The notes: a model not told the origin generated them from the letters alone. A DNA stretch of 50,198 bases from Pirellulales bacterium (GCA_035694685.1 DASSFG010000305.1:1-50198), one strand, 5' to 3'; positions 25,193-34,439 are shown, numbered from the stretch's first letter. A program made the numbers and translations.

Positions 25193-26484
25193 GCCGTGCC
25201 ATCTCCGCTGTTGTCCAACCGCGAAACCCATTCCGTCTCCCAATCGAGCGCCGGACGCACGACTCCAAGCCATTTGCCGTGCCAGCTCGTGCGCCGCTCG
25301 GAACTGTCCGCCACGGAGAACGACAAGATCGCATCGTGCCGGCTAAGCACGTACGCTTGATCGGCGACCACGAGTAATTGCACGAAGTAGACGCCGTCGT
25401 TGAGCAAGTGGGCCGGGACGCGGCAGCGACTGCGGAAGATCCCCCGAGGGAATGGCTGGTCGTAGTAGTCGTGCCCCGCAACCGGAAACGAATTAAAAAC
25501 CGTGACGCCTTCCGTATTAATCAGTGACACGCTCAGGTTCAATCGAGCGCCTTCCACCAGGTTCCGGTATTCGAATTCCAGGGTCAGTGCCGTATCGACG
25601 GTGATCACTTCGGAGACACCGCCGTCCGCCGGATAAACGCTCACCCTTCGCAAGCGGGCAACTTCGCTGCCGGGAGCGGTCGCCGGATCGTCCCAGGTGC
25701 GCACGTTCGCGGCCATCGTATCGTCGGACAGATACTTTTGAACCACTTCATGCGGCGGTCCCATTTGGCGGAGCGAACCGCTTTCCAACCAAACCACGCG
25801 GGTCGCAAGCGCTTGCACGGCCGACATGTTGTGGCTCACGAAAATAATTGCGCGGCCGCCGTCGGCCAGGCATTCAATCCGGCTTAGGCATTTGCGCTGA
25901 AAGGCTGCGTCGCCGACCGCGAGCACCTCATCGATCAGCAGAATTTCCGGATCGAGATGCGCGGCGACGGCGAACGCCAACCGCATTTGCATGCCGCTGG
26001 AATAATGCTTGACCGGCATGTCGAGAAACCGCTCGCCGTCGGCAAAAGCGACAATCTCATCGAACCTGGCCGCAATCTCGCGCCGGCTCATTCCCAAAAT
26101 GGCCCCGTTCAGGAAAATGTTTTCCCTGCCGGTCAGCTCCGGATGAAATCCGGTGCCGACTTCCAACAAACAACTCAGACGGCCTCGTAGGCGGATACGG
26201 CCCTCCGTGGGCGGCGTAATGCGGCTGAGCAACTTAAGCAAAGTGGACTTGCCTGCGCCATTGCGGCCGATGACGCCCAATACCTCGCCATCGGCCACCT
26301 CGAGCGACAAGTTGCGAAGTGCCCAAAGTTCCTGGCCAGCGTCCGCCGCCGGGCGACGCAGCCCGCGCAAAGCGGCCGCGCCCGCCCGCGCAATTTCTTC
26401 GCGCAACGTGCGATATGGCGCCGGCGCGCGCGTCGGCAACAAATACTTTTTCGATACGTTCTCCAAGCACACCAGGCACGACAT
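25189..26484 (-). CDS. wzt: Polysaccharide ABC exporter ATP-binding protein (Wzt/TagH-like) with a C-terminal Wzt-type carbohydrate-binding domain
   Basis: The start is at MSCLVCLENVSKKY (ATG 26484). It has Walker A GRNGAGKST, the signature YSSGMQMRLAFA and Walker B ILLIDEVLAVGD, plus about 170 extra C-terminal residues (beta-rich, ...TLEFEYRNL...VYFVQLLV...). Confidence 0.88.
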   Translation of the reverse strand: MSCLVCLENVSKKYLLPTRAPAPYRTLREEIARAGAAALRGLRRPAADAGQELWALRNLSLEVADGEVLGVIGRNGAGKSTLLKLLSRITPPTEGRIRLRGRLSCLLEVGTGFHPELTGRENIFLNGAILGMSRREIAARFDEIVAFADGERFLDMPVKHYSSGMQMRLAFAVAAHLDPEILLIDEVLAVGDAAFQRKCLSRIECLADGGRAIIFVSHNMSAVQALATRVVWLESGSLRQMGPPHEVVQKYLSDDTMAANVRTWDDPATAPGSEVARLRRVSVYPADGGVSEVITVDTALTLEFEYRNLVEGARLNLSVSLINTEGVTVFNSFPVAGHDYYDQPFPRGIFRSRCRVPAHLLNDGVYFVQLLVVADQAYVLSRHDAILSFSVADSSERRTSWHGKWLGVVRPALDWETEWVSRLDNSGDGTA

Positions 26485-26494
26485 CAACCGACTC

Positions 26495-27595
26495 CTAACG
26501 CGCCGCGTCCGGCGACCCTGCCGGCGAGCGCGGCACCGCTCGGCCGCGCCGCCAAATGGTTCTTGACGCGCGGTACAGCCGGGGAAAGGCAACTCGCGTC
26601 AGCGCCAACGCGACATCGCTCAGCTTAACGCGGGTCTTCGGCGAGGCGGCGACGGCTGCCCGAAAGAAGTGACGGAATGCGGGCCACCGACGCCCCTCTC
26701 GCTCGAGCTCAAGCCCCTGATAAAAGTGGGCTAGCCGCAGGCGACTGGCGCGGCTCAGGTGCCGCAAGCCATGTCCCATCGCCTCGTCGATTCGCCCTTC
26801 GGCCAGCATCAACTCGACCAGGTCGGCGTGCCACCGCGTGATGGTCTTTGACAGTCGCTTCCACTGGCGGGCGGTGAGCGCCTGTTTCATCAAGTCAGCG
26901 GTAGCGATCATGCCTTCGATCGTGCGTCGTTGCGGCAGTGACGACCAGACCCCGCCCGCGTGAATCCGGTATACGGCCATCACGCGATCGATATAGGCAA
27001 TCTTGCCGTGCCGCGCGTTCAGGACGTGGAGCGGCCAATCAGCCGCGCGCGTCGCGGTAAACCACGCCGGCCATTCGCCCAGAAGCCCGTTGCGGAACAT
27101 CGCGGTGCAGGTGACGATGGCATTGCCGTCGAGCAGCGAATCGACGGTGGTCAGGCGGCGCGGCCGACGAGCGTGCCAAATGAACGGCGGGCCTCGTCCG
27201 TCGTCGTACAGCGCCGTGGCATTGTGATGGCAAACGGCCACGTCCGGCGAGCGATCGAGCAAGCAGGCCTGGCGTTGGAGTTTTTCCGGGTCAGTCCAGT
27301 AATCGTCGCCTTCCAACAAGGCCACGTAGGTTCCGCGGCAGTGCGCCAGCACGTCGATCAGATTGCGGTGCATGCCGACGTTGGTGTCGTGCAAGACGGG
27401 CCGAATGCGGTCCGGGTGAATTCCGGCAAGCTCCACAATCGCGTCGCGCGTCCGATCGGTCGAGGCATCTTCGCCGACGACAATCTCGAACTCGAAAGAC
27501 GTCTTTTGCATCAGCGCACTTCGAATGGCTTGTTCGATGAATCGCTCCTGGTTGAACGCGATCATCGCTACGCTGACTTTAGGTGCTTGCTGCAT
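26495..27595 (-). CDS. Glycosyltransferase family 2
   Basis: 366 aa. VSVAMIAFNQERFIEQAIRSALMQ...FEIVVGEDASTDRT...YVALLEGDDYW carries the GT-A DxD / ED motifs. Confidence 0.88.
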   Translation of the reverse strand: MQQAPKVSVAMIAFNQERFIEQAIRSALMQKTSFEFEIVVGEDASTDRTRDAIVELAGIHPDRIRPVLHDTNVGMHRNLIDVLAHCRGTYVALLEGDDYWTDPEKLQRQACLLDRSPDVAVCHHNATALYDDGRGPPFIWHARRPRRLTTVDSLLDGNAIVTCTAMFRNGLLGEWPAWFTATRAADWPLHVLNARHGKIAYIDRVMAVYRIHAGGVWSSLPQRRTIEGMIATADLMKQALTARQWKRLSKTITRWHADLVELMLAEGRIDEAMGHGLRHLSRASRLRLAHFYQGLELEREGRRWPAFRHFFRAAVAASPKTRVKLSDVALALTRVAFPRLYRASRTIWRRGRAVPRSPAGSPDAAR

Positions 27596-27617
27596 CTCGC
27601 GACCGGCTCGTCTGTTC

Positions 27618-28493
27618 CTAAATCACGTCGGCAAACGAAGATTCGACGCGCCGAAAATAGAGACCCCCTGCCAGCAAAAGGGCCAGCACCGCGATCGTCG
27701 AGTAAATCAGGCGACGCCACGGCGCCGGTCGTCCCAGCAGGGTAGCCCTGAAAAACAGGATCAATCCGTCAAGTGGATTCAGCGCCAACCAGTTTCGGCG
27801 GCCACCTTCCTTTTCGGCGCCGCTTGCCACGGCGGGCTGAGGATCCTGGGCAGCGACTGCAGACGTAGCGTCTTCGTCTACGGAGCGGTCCAAATAGATG
27901 CTCGGCGTTGCAAAGAGCCAAAGCTGCATGAAAAAGGGCAATGCATAACGTACGTCACGGTAACGCACGTTTAGCGCAGCCAGCAGAATGCCTGAGCCAA
28001 GCGCGGCGAGCGCCAGCAGCACCACTGCCAACGGGGCAAAAACGATTGTCCAACCAGGCCGCTGATGATAATAGGACATGAGAGCCACCCAAACCAGACT
28101 TGCCGCGGCGAGGTCGACCGCACCGGCGGCCACCGCGGCGACCGGGATTGCCAACCGTGGAAAATAGATTTTCGTGACCAGCCGTTCTGCATTCACCACG
28201 CTCTGAGCGGCGCTGGATACCGCGGTAGCAAAAAAGCTCCAGGCCATCAGGCCTGTAAAGGCGAAAAGTGGGTAAGCAACGTCCGACGTGTGGCCGAATG
28301 GTAGACGCCCGATGACAAGTGTGAACACGAGCATCATGAGCGTCGGTTGCAACATGGCCCAGGCCGCCCCAAGCAAGGTTTGCCGATAACGTAGCTTCAC
28401 GTCTCGCCAGGCGAGAAAGTAGATCAACTCGCGCGATCGCCACAGTTCCGAAATGCCCAGCCCCTGCCAACCACAATCGGGCTCGATGACCAT
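27618..28493 (-). CDS. wzm: Polysaccharide ABC exporter permease (ABC-2 type, Wzm-like)
   Basis: 291 aa. LWRSRELIYFLAWRDVKLRYRQTLLGAAWAMLQP is the ABC-2 signature, and there are 6 TM segments. A hydrophilic insert of about 35 aa precedes the NPL..LI..FR motif. Confidence 0.88.
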   Translation of the reverse strand: MVIEPDCGWQGLGISELWRSRELIYFLAWRDVKLRYRQTLLGAAWAMLQPTLMMLVFTLVIGRLPFGHTSDVAYPLFAFTGLMAWSFFATAVSSAAQSVVNAERLVTKIYFPRLAIPVAAVAAGAVDLAAASLVWVALMSYYHQRPGWTIVFAPLAVVLLALAALGSGILLAALNVRYRDVRYALPFFMQLWLFATPSIYLDRSVDEDATSAVAAQDPQPAVASGAEKEGGRRNWLALNPLDGLILFFRATLLGRPAPWRRLIYSTIAVLALLLAGGLYFRRVESSFADVI

Positions 28494-28892
28494 GGCGACG
28501 GCTGCCTGCGAAAGTTCGCTATCGGCAGGACGGCTCGTTGAAGGCTCAGAGGTAATAGGATGTTCCTAACACAAAGTGAGACAACTTTGATTCTTGCTAG
28601 GTGCGGAGACGACGGCAACTATCGGTTGACTACCGATGCCCCATTTTGAGACATCTGTCGCGGTTTCTGCCGCTTGTGGTCAAACCGGCAGCGCGCCGCC
28701 GCTATCCTAACACCCGTAAGTTAGGTTGTACCGCCTTTGCCCTACAGCGCTAAAACTGCCTAAAAATGGGAATCCCAGCCGCGTTGGCGGTCTTTTCTGT
28801 GTATTGGCATGTCGATTGCATTCCCCAATTGGCAAAATCGGGTCGGAAAAGCTAACACACGGCAACATTCCTCGCTTCAAGGAGGTTCAGTT

Positions 28893-29135
28893 ATGGCGCG
28901 TAGCCCAGTTCAATTCGCCCAAAAGAAACCGTCGTCCTTCACGGAGAACGGAGTGCCGAGTCCCGACGAGATCCGCCGGCGCGCCGCCGAGATTCGTCGC
29001 TCGTGGTCACCTGAAGAGCGGCGGCAACGGGAAGTCAGCCGGTCAGGCTGGTCGTTGTTGCCGCTGATCCTTGGCAGCCCGCGTTCACTGGCGGCGTGTG
29101 CCACCGGCAGCGACCGCGCTCGCCGTGGACGGTAA
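28893..29135 (+). CDS. Small hypothetical protein (80 aa)
   Basis: A strong AAGGAGG sits 7 nt upstream of the ATG at 28893. MARSPVQFAQKKPSSFTENGVPSPDEIRRRAAEIRRSWSPEERRQRE...; no family recognised. Confidence 0.4.
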   Translation: MARSPVQFAQKKPSSFTENGVPSPDEIRRRAAEIRRSWSPEERRQREVSRSGWSLLPLILGSPRSLAACATGSDRARRGR

Positions 29136-29157
29136 AGGAGCCGAATAAACTCAGCTC

Positions 29158-29274
29158 GTTTAACTCGGCCGCCAGCGGCGGCGCGCGGCCGATGCCTCAC
29201 GGTCCAGCTCGCAACGGTTTCACTGCCCGCTATCAGATGAAGCCCTCGCGGGCGCCGTTGGCGGCCGGTTAAAC
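29158..29274. repeat. Inverted repeat bracketed by GTTTAACTCGGCCGCCA / TGGCGGCCGGTTAAAC between convergent genes
   Basis: Its terminal 7-mers (GTTTAAC...GTTAAAC) are the same as in the 16041-16121 element. It may act as a bidirectional terminator. Confidence 0.5.
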
Positions 29275-29294
29275 AAATGAGGCCGACGCGTTAT

Positions 29295-32027
29295 TCAGCG
29301 CCGGCTTTTCGTTACGGCTTTCAAGGCCGACGCGGTTAAGTTCTGGTGAATCGTTTGTAGTTCTACCCAGGGATCACGTTTGAGCTGATTCAGCCGCGCG
29401 GGCAAGTTCTCAACGTTGAAATGGTCGGCGCGCAAGTCGGTCTTCAGTTCGTCCCACTCCACGGGCACGCTCACCGGGGCGCCTTGTCGCGCACGCGTCG
29501 AGTAGGCCGCCACCGACGTGGCTCCCCGCTCGTTGCGCAAATAGTCGATAAAAATCCGGCCGACGCGACGGGCTTTCAGCGGATTCGTGGTATAGCGCTC
29601 GGGTGACTCATCGGCAATTCGCTGTGCCACGCCCTTCGAAAATGCCTTGATCTCAGGCCATTCATGCCGTCGCACGATCGGCACCACCACGTGCAGCCCC
29701 TTCCCGCCGGAAGTTTTTACAAACGACTCTAGATCGAGCGAGTGCAACACGTCGCGCACGCGCTCAGCCGCGTCGACCACGCGCCGCCAATCCATACCCT
29801 CTTCAGGATCGAGATCGAATACTATCCGGTCGGGCTTTTCGACGTTGTCTGCCCGCGAGCCCCAGAGATGGATTTCCAACACGCCCATTTGTACCAGCGC
29901 CACGATGCCCGCAAGGTCGTGTACTACAGGGTATTGCCCGACCTTGTTCTTCTCTTGAATGGCTACGCGGTCGAAGACGTCGGGGGCGCTTGCATCGAGG
30001 TGCTTTTGAAAGAAACAGGTCTTTCGCCGTCCCTCGGGGCAGCGCAGCAAACTCAGCGGCCGGCCGACCACGTGCGGCAGAATCCAATCGGCGATCTCAG
30101 CATAGAAATCTGCCAGGCCCAGTTTGGTGACGCCTTGTTCCGGATAGAGCAAACGATCGGGGTGCGTGAGCCGGACACCGGCCACACTGTTGCTTTCAAT
30201 CTCGCTGGCTGCCCGTTGCGCCTTGTTGCCCTTTTTGTGGTCGCTTGCCTTTGCCCTTTTGGCACTGCCGTTGGCCGACGCCGCTTTTGAATTCTTAGCC
30301 ATGTTCGGTAAATCTTGTGCCCGGTCGCGCGTGATACTGGCCGCCGGCTTGTCTTCGCGCAAGCCTTGAAACGAAGGGTGCCGCAGCCGGCCGTCGTCGG
30401 TCCAGCTTGAGAACTCCACCTGCCCCACGAGTTGCGGTTTGACCCAGTGTGCCTTGCGGGGCTTGAGCCGCGCAGGGAAATCGACAAAAGGCGATTCGTG
30501 CTGCGCCAGACCGTTGAGCCGCTTCCGCAGCTCGACGAGCAAGCGATCGTTGAACCCGGTGCCGACCTTGCCGGCATAGACCAAACCGCCGTCGCCTTGA
30601 TGATAGCCAACCAATAAAGCTCCTAGTCCGTGTCTGGCGCCTTCCGGGTCGGTGAAGCCGCCGATGACAAACTCTTCGCGGCGCACGCACTTGATTTTGA
30701 CCCAATCGTAACCGCGGCCGCCCAGATATGGACGATCGCGCCGCTTGGAAATGATGCCTTCCAATCCCATGCGGCACGCTTCAGCGAAGAATTTTTCGCC
30801 GTCCCCGTCGATGTCTTCGGCGTAGCGAATGACGCCGTGCGACGTATTGTGGCCGAGCAGCTCGGCGAGCACCGCCTTGCGTGTTTCCAAGGGCGCCGAC
30901 CGCAGGTCGTGGCCGTCGAGATACACGAGGTCGAAAGCGAAATACACCAGCTCACGCTGCCGGTTCGCTTGAAAGGCGTTTTGCAACGCTTGAAAACTGC
31001 TCAGGCCGTTAGGCAGCAAAGCCACCACCTCACCGTCGAGAATGGCCGACTCCGCCGGCAACTCGGCCGCCGCCGCGGCGATCGTAGTCATCTTGGAGGT
31101 CCAATCTTGATCGCCGCGGGTGATTAGCCGCACTTTGCCGCCCTCGAGGCGGCACAGAATTCGATAGCCGTCGAACTTGATTTCATGCCGCCATTGCGGC
31201 CCTTCGGGCGGCTTTTTGACGAGAGTGGCCAACTGCAAGTCGACACTTTGCGGCATCTTCGCCCGTTTGCCAGGCAATTCGTCGTGGGCTTGTTTTTTCG
31301 AACTTCGCCGGGACGATTTTTTCGCGCGAGCACCTTTTTTCGTCGGTTTCTTGGCGGTCGCTGCTTTTTTTATTGTCTTTGCCCTCGCTCTCACCGCCCG
31401 CTTCGCCGGCGCCTGCTTCGACTTTGCAGACCCATTGCTGGTCCATACGCGATCGTTATCACGTGCGATCTCGGCCAGCGTGCGGCCCGTCGTGACACTG
31501 GCCGGCTCCGCTTCCGTAACGTCGTATTCTTCCAGGGGCCGCGCCGTCTCGTCCCGCTCTTTGATCAGCAGCCAATTCGTGGCTCGCTCACCGGGCCGGC
31601 GCTGCATGCGCACCAGCGTCCAACCCCCTTTGAGCTTTTGTCCGTCGAGATGAAATTTCAGCTTGCCGCGGCGGTAGCCTTCGCTCGCATCGCCCTCGGC
31701 CTCCCAGGTGCCGTGGTCCCAAACCGCCACCGTGCCGCCGCCGTATTCCCCTTCGGGGATCGTGCCTTCAAAGTCGCCATACTCCAAGGGATGATCTTCG
31801 ACTTCCACGGCCAGGCGCTTCTCGCGAGGGTCGTAAGAGGGACCTTTGGGCACGGCCCAACTCTTGAGCACGCCGTCCAGCTCCAAGCGAAAATCATAGT
31901 GCAGCCGAGTGGCATCGTGCTTCTGCACGACGAAACTCAGCGCGCCGGCCTTGCGCCGATGCACTTTGCCCTTCGGTTCGGGCGTCTCTTTAAAGTGTCG
32001 CTTGCGGCGGTATTCAGCGAGTGGCAT
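29295..32027 (-). CDS. ligD: Multidomain ATP-dependent DNA ligase LigD (3'-phosphoesterase - ligase - polymerase/primase)
   Basis: 910 aa. The PE domain is FVVQKHDATRLHYDFRLELDGVLKSWAVPKGPS. The ligase domain has the adenylation motif EIKFDGYR. The Pol domain is LTHPDRLLYPE...FFQKH...DLDP. Lys-rich linkers sit between the domains. Confidence 0.93.
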   Translation of the reverse strand: MPLAEYRRKRHFKETPEPKGKVHRRKAGALSFVVQKHDATRLHYDFRLELDGVLKSWAVPKGPSYDPREKRLAVEVEDHPLEYGDFEGTIPEGEYGGGTVAVWDHGTWEAEGDASEGYRRGKLKFHLDGQKLKGGWTLVRMQRRPGERATNWLLIKERDETARPLEEYDVTEAEPASVTTGRTLAEIARDNDRVWTSNGSAKSKQAPAKRAVRARAKTIKKAATAKKPTKKGARAKKSSRRSSKKQAHDELPGKRAKMPQSVDLQLATLVKKPPEGPQWRHEIKFDGYRILCRLEGGKVRLITRGDQDWTSKMTTIAAAAAELPAESAILDGEVVALLPNGLSSFQALQNAFQANRQRELVYFAFDLVYLDGHDLRSAPLETRKAVLAELLGHNTSHGVIRYAEDIDGDGEKFFAEACRMGLEGIISKRRDRPYLGGRGYDWVKIKCVRREEFVIGGFTDPEGARHGLGALLVGYHQGDGGLVYAGKVGTGFNDRLLVELRKRLNGLAQHESPFVDFPARLKPRKAHWVKPQLVGQVEFSSWTDDGRLRHPSFQGLREDKPAASITRDRAQDLPNMAKNSKAASANGSAKRAKASDHKKGNKAQRAASEIESNSVAGVRLTHPDRLLYPEQGVTKLGLADFYAEIADWILPHVVGRPLSLLRCPEGRRKTCFFQKHLDASAPDVFDRVAIQEKNKVGQYPVVHDLAGIVALVQMGVLEIHLWGSRADNVEKPDRIVFDLDPEEGMDWRRVVDAAERVRDVLHSLDLESFVKTSGGKGLHVVVPIVRRHEWPEIKAFSKGVAQRIADESPERYTTNPLKARRVGRIFIDYLRNERGATSVAAYSTRARQGAPVSVPVEWDELKTDLRADHFNVENLPARLNQLKRDPWVELQTIHQNLTASALKAVTKSRR

Positions 32028-32033
32028 TAATAA

Positions 32034-32894
32034 CTAGTACGCCCGGCGATTGCGATTGGCCGCGACGGTGCGTCGCGAGCTCGTCCGGTAGGAACCCTGG
32101 TAGGGACGGTAGACCATATCTTCATAAGCCCCGCGTTTGGCAAAGTAAACGGCCCGTTCCTCGATGCGCTGAGGCGCGAGCGAGGGAGGATCGCTGCTCA
32201 TACCTCGCACGCCTCGCTGGTATTGGCGCGGCGGACGCAGGGCCGCATGGCCCGTGCGCTGGCCATTATGGCTGCCGTTCATTTCGTCGAGCAAAATCTC
32301 GGCCGGGTTTTCGTCGCCGCCTTTCGGCACGGGACCAACTCCGCGGCCTACCCTGCCATTGCCAAGCCCTCGCAGCGCGCGACTGCTGCCCGCTCCGCCG
32401 ATTCCGTTACGGCCGCCACCGAGAGCGGAACGGCCGGGAGAACCTAAGCTGCCCGACGGCGACTCTTGCGGCGAAAGCCCCATGCCCGGCATCGCGCCGC
32501 GGAAATAATTTTGCGGAATGCCGCTGGCGCCGGGGCCGGTCAAGATGTTGCCTTGATGGACCCCGCTGCCACCTAATCCCGTGTTGCCAATGCCGGATCC
32601 GCCCGTCGCTCCGACACCGCCGCTGGCAGTGCCGCCTGCTGCTCCGCCCAAGCCAGCAATGCCGCCCGTAGCGCCGCCGCCGATGGCCGCGCCTCCGGCG
32701 GCACCGCCCAGGCCTCCGATGCCACCGATGCCACCGCCCGCCATTCCGTTGGCGCCGCCGCCGCCGGCGACTCCTGCCCCGCCTGCAGCCCCTCCGCCTG
32801 CCCCGCCCGCCTGACCGAAGCCGGGCTTCGCCATCCACGCCTCCATAGCCAACGCTGCCGTCAGCAGCACGACGAAACGAAGAATAGTCCGCAT
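32034..32894 (-). CDS. Secreted glycine-rich low-complexity protein
   Basis: The start is at MRTILRFVVLLTAALAMEAWMA (signal peptide). About 130 residues follow of GGAGG/GGIGG-type repeats, then a non-repetitive basic C-terminus. Its stop lies 6 nt upstream of the ligD start. Confidence 0.55.
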   Translation of the reverse strand: MRTILRFVVLLTAALAMEAWMAKPGFGQAGGAGGGAAGGAGVAGGGGANGMAGGGIGGIGGLGGAAGGAAIGGGATGGIAGLGGAAGGTASGGVGATGGSGIGNTGLGGSGVHQGNILTGPGASGIPQNYFRGAMPGMGLSPQESPSGSLGSPGRSALGGGRNGIGGAGSSRALRGLGNGRVGRGVGPVPKGGDENPAEILLDEMNGSHNGQRTGHAALRPPRQYQRGVRGMSSDPPSLAPQRIEERAVYFAKRGAYEDMVYRPYQGSYRTSSRRTVAANRNRRAY

Positions 32895-32997
32895 ATCTGA
32901 TCCCCTAGAATTGAAATGTCTGCCTGGTGAAAGGAGCAACGCCCACATTCAATATCGCAAAGAACATGCCAGCAGCCGCGAAGCATCGAGGATTCGA

Positions 32998-33128
32998 TGC
33001 CGCTCGCCTGTGGCGAGCGGGAGGCGTGAGCCTCCCGGTGATGTCAACTCCTCTGAGCACCGCGACGCTGACAGGTTTACCAACGTATTACCGGCACACT
33101 GACGTGTGCCGCTCGCCTGTGGCGAGCG
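32998..33128. repeat. Palindromic repeat family E (TGCCGCTCGCCTGTGGCGAGCG), two direct copies plus a GGGAGGCGTGAGCCTCCC hairpin
   Basis: Identical 22-mers lie at 32998-33019 and 33107-33128. Each is a CGCTCGCC/GGCGAGCG hairpin. Confidence 0.85.
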
Positions 33129-33190
33129 AACCGTCGTACAATCTGGAAACGAATAAGCGATAGATCGACCCCTTGCACTTTGAAAACCAT

Positions 33191-33739
33191 ATGACGATCT
33201 CGCACCGCCGCAATGTGGAGCTAAAGGCCCGGGTCAATTCACTGGGGGCGGCGAAAGAAATCTGTCGAGAGTTCGCCCAATTCTCGGTCACCGAGCGTCA
33301 GACCGACACCTACTTTTGCTGCTCTCATGGCCGTTTGAAGCTGCGCGAGCGAGAAGGGTTGCCGGCGCAACTCGTGGGCTATGCTCGCGCCGATTCGACC
33401 GATCCGCGGCCTAGCGATTACTGGCTCGTTCCGGTCGTTGAAGCGGGTCAGCTTAAGGCCGCGCTCGTGGCGACTCTGGGCGTGCTGGTGGTGGTCGAAA
33501 AAGTGCGAGACGTCTTTCTTTACCAGAACGTGAGAATCCATCTCGATCGCGTGACCGAGCTGGGCGAGTTCGTCGAGTTTGAAGCGGTGCTGGCACCGGC
33601 AGACGATGAACGAGAAGCCGCAGAGGTCGTTTCGCAACTGGCCGCTCGGCTGCGAATCGAGTCGGCCCAGCGCGTTGACGGTTCTTACAGCGACCTGTTG
33701 CTGTCCGTTAAGGCAGCTCGCGCAGCCGCAGGTTCCTAA
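33191..33739 (+). CDS. CYTH-domain protein / class IV adenylate cyclase (CyaB-like)
   Basis: 182 aa from the ATG at 33191. RNVELKARV (ExExK-type start), RQTDTYF, GRLKLRE, VRIHLDRVTELGEFVEFE. Confidence 0.75.
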   Translation: MTISHRRNVELKARVNSLGAAKEICREFAQFSVTERQTDTYFCCSHGRLKLREREGLPAQLVGYARADSTDPRPSDYWLVPVVEAGQLKAALVATLGVLVVVEKVRDVFLYQNVRIHLDRVTELGEFVEFEAVLAPADDEREAAEVVSQLAARLRIESAQRVDGSYSDLLLSVKAARAAAGS

Positions 33740-34439
33740 ACTCCACCGGGGCGCCTTCCGATTCGAGGCAGAGATAGCCGCTGCGTGGGTCACAATCCCT
33801 TCCACCCGACACTTCTTCGCCGTTGACCCACAAGCGCACCTCGCCATTGATGGCCCGCACGTAGTAGTGGTTCCACTGGCCCACGCCTTTGCTCAGCTCT
33901 TTGCGCGGAAAGCTCCGCTGGCCGCTGGGGGCCTTCGGCTCGAACGGCGTCATCTTGGCGGCCTTGGTTGGAAAAACGTCGCCGTGCGTGGTGAACCAGT
34001 CGGCCTTCTTGCCGCTGCGTTTCTCGTATTGTTCCTTGAAACCGTGGTCGAGCACTTGCACTTCAATGCCCATCGGTAGCTCGCCGGGCTTGAGCGCGTC
34101 GAGCGATTCCTTAGTTCCCCACACGAACACGCCCGAATTGCCGCCCGACTGGAGGTGCCGCCACTCGACGACGAGCTCAAAGTTGGTGTACGGCGTTTGA
34201 CTGCGCATCACGCCCACCGGCTTCCCCGTGCAATGGATCACGCCCTCTTTCCACGACCATGTGTCACTGTCGCAGTTGACGTTGACGAAATCGCTTTCGC
34301 CGAGCTCCTTCCAGCCCGGCCCACTGCCGTCGATAAAAGCCTTGGACACTGTGGGTTGTTCGTCAGCGCGGGCCGCTGCCGCAATCGTGGCGACGGTTGC
34401 GAACAGGCACAATGCGAATTGACGGTGGGATGAAAGCAT
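33708..34439 (-). CDS. Secreted DUF1080 (3-keto-disaccharide hydrolase-like, concanavalin fold) protein
   Basis: 243 aa with a signal peptide. W..kdGvi....g.l pattern (WSWKEGVIHCTGKPVGVM), NFELVVEWR, NSGVFVW, GYLCLESEGAPVEFRNLRLREL. Confidence 0.8.
   Translation of the reverse strand: MLSSHRQFALCLFATVATIAAAARADEQPTVSKAFIDGSGPGWKELGESDFVNVNCDSDTWSWKEGVIHCTGKPVGVMRSQTPYTNFELVVEWRHLQSGGNSGVFVWGTKESLDALKPGELPMGIEVQVLDHGFKEQYEKRSGKKADWFTTHGDVFPTKAAKMTPFEPKAPSGQRSFPRKELSKGVGQWNHYYVRAINGEVRLWVNGEEVSGGRDCDPRSGYLCLESEGAPVEFRNLRLRELP

Noticed and set aside
24032-25346. 334-aa and 316-aa plus-strand ORFs over the aminotransferase gene
   Set aside because: They are antisense to a DegT-family gene with its PLP-lysine motif and carry no motifs of their own.
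32581-32814. Pro-rich 77-aa plus-strand ORF (PPAPP repeats)
   Set aside because: It is the mirror image of the Gly-rich repeats (GGN codons read as NCC). The minus-strand ORF is much longer, with a signal peptide and a non-repetitive tail.
33708-33739. 32-nt overlap of the convergent CYTH and DUF1080 genes
   Set aside because: Both proteins end at family-typical positions. A short convergent 3' overlap is unremarkable in compact genomes, and no additional signal was seen.
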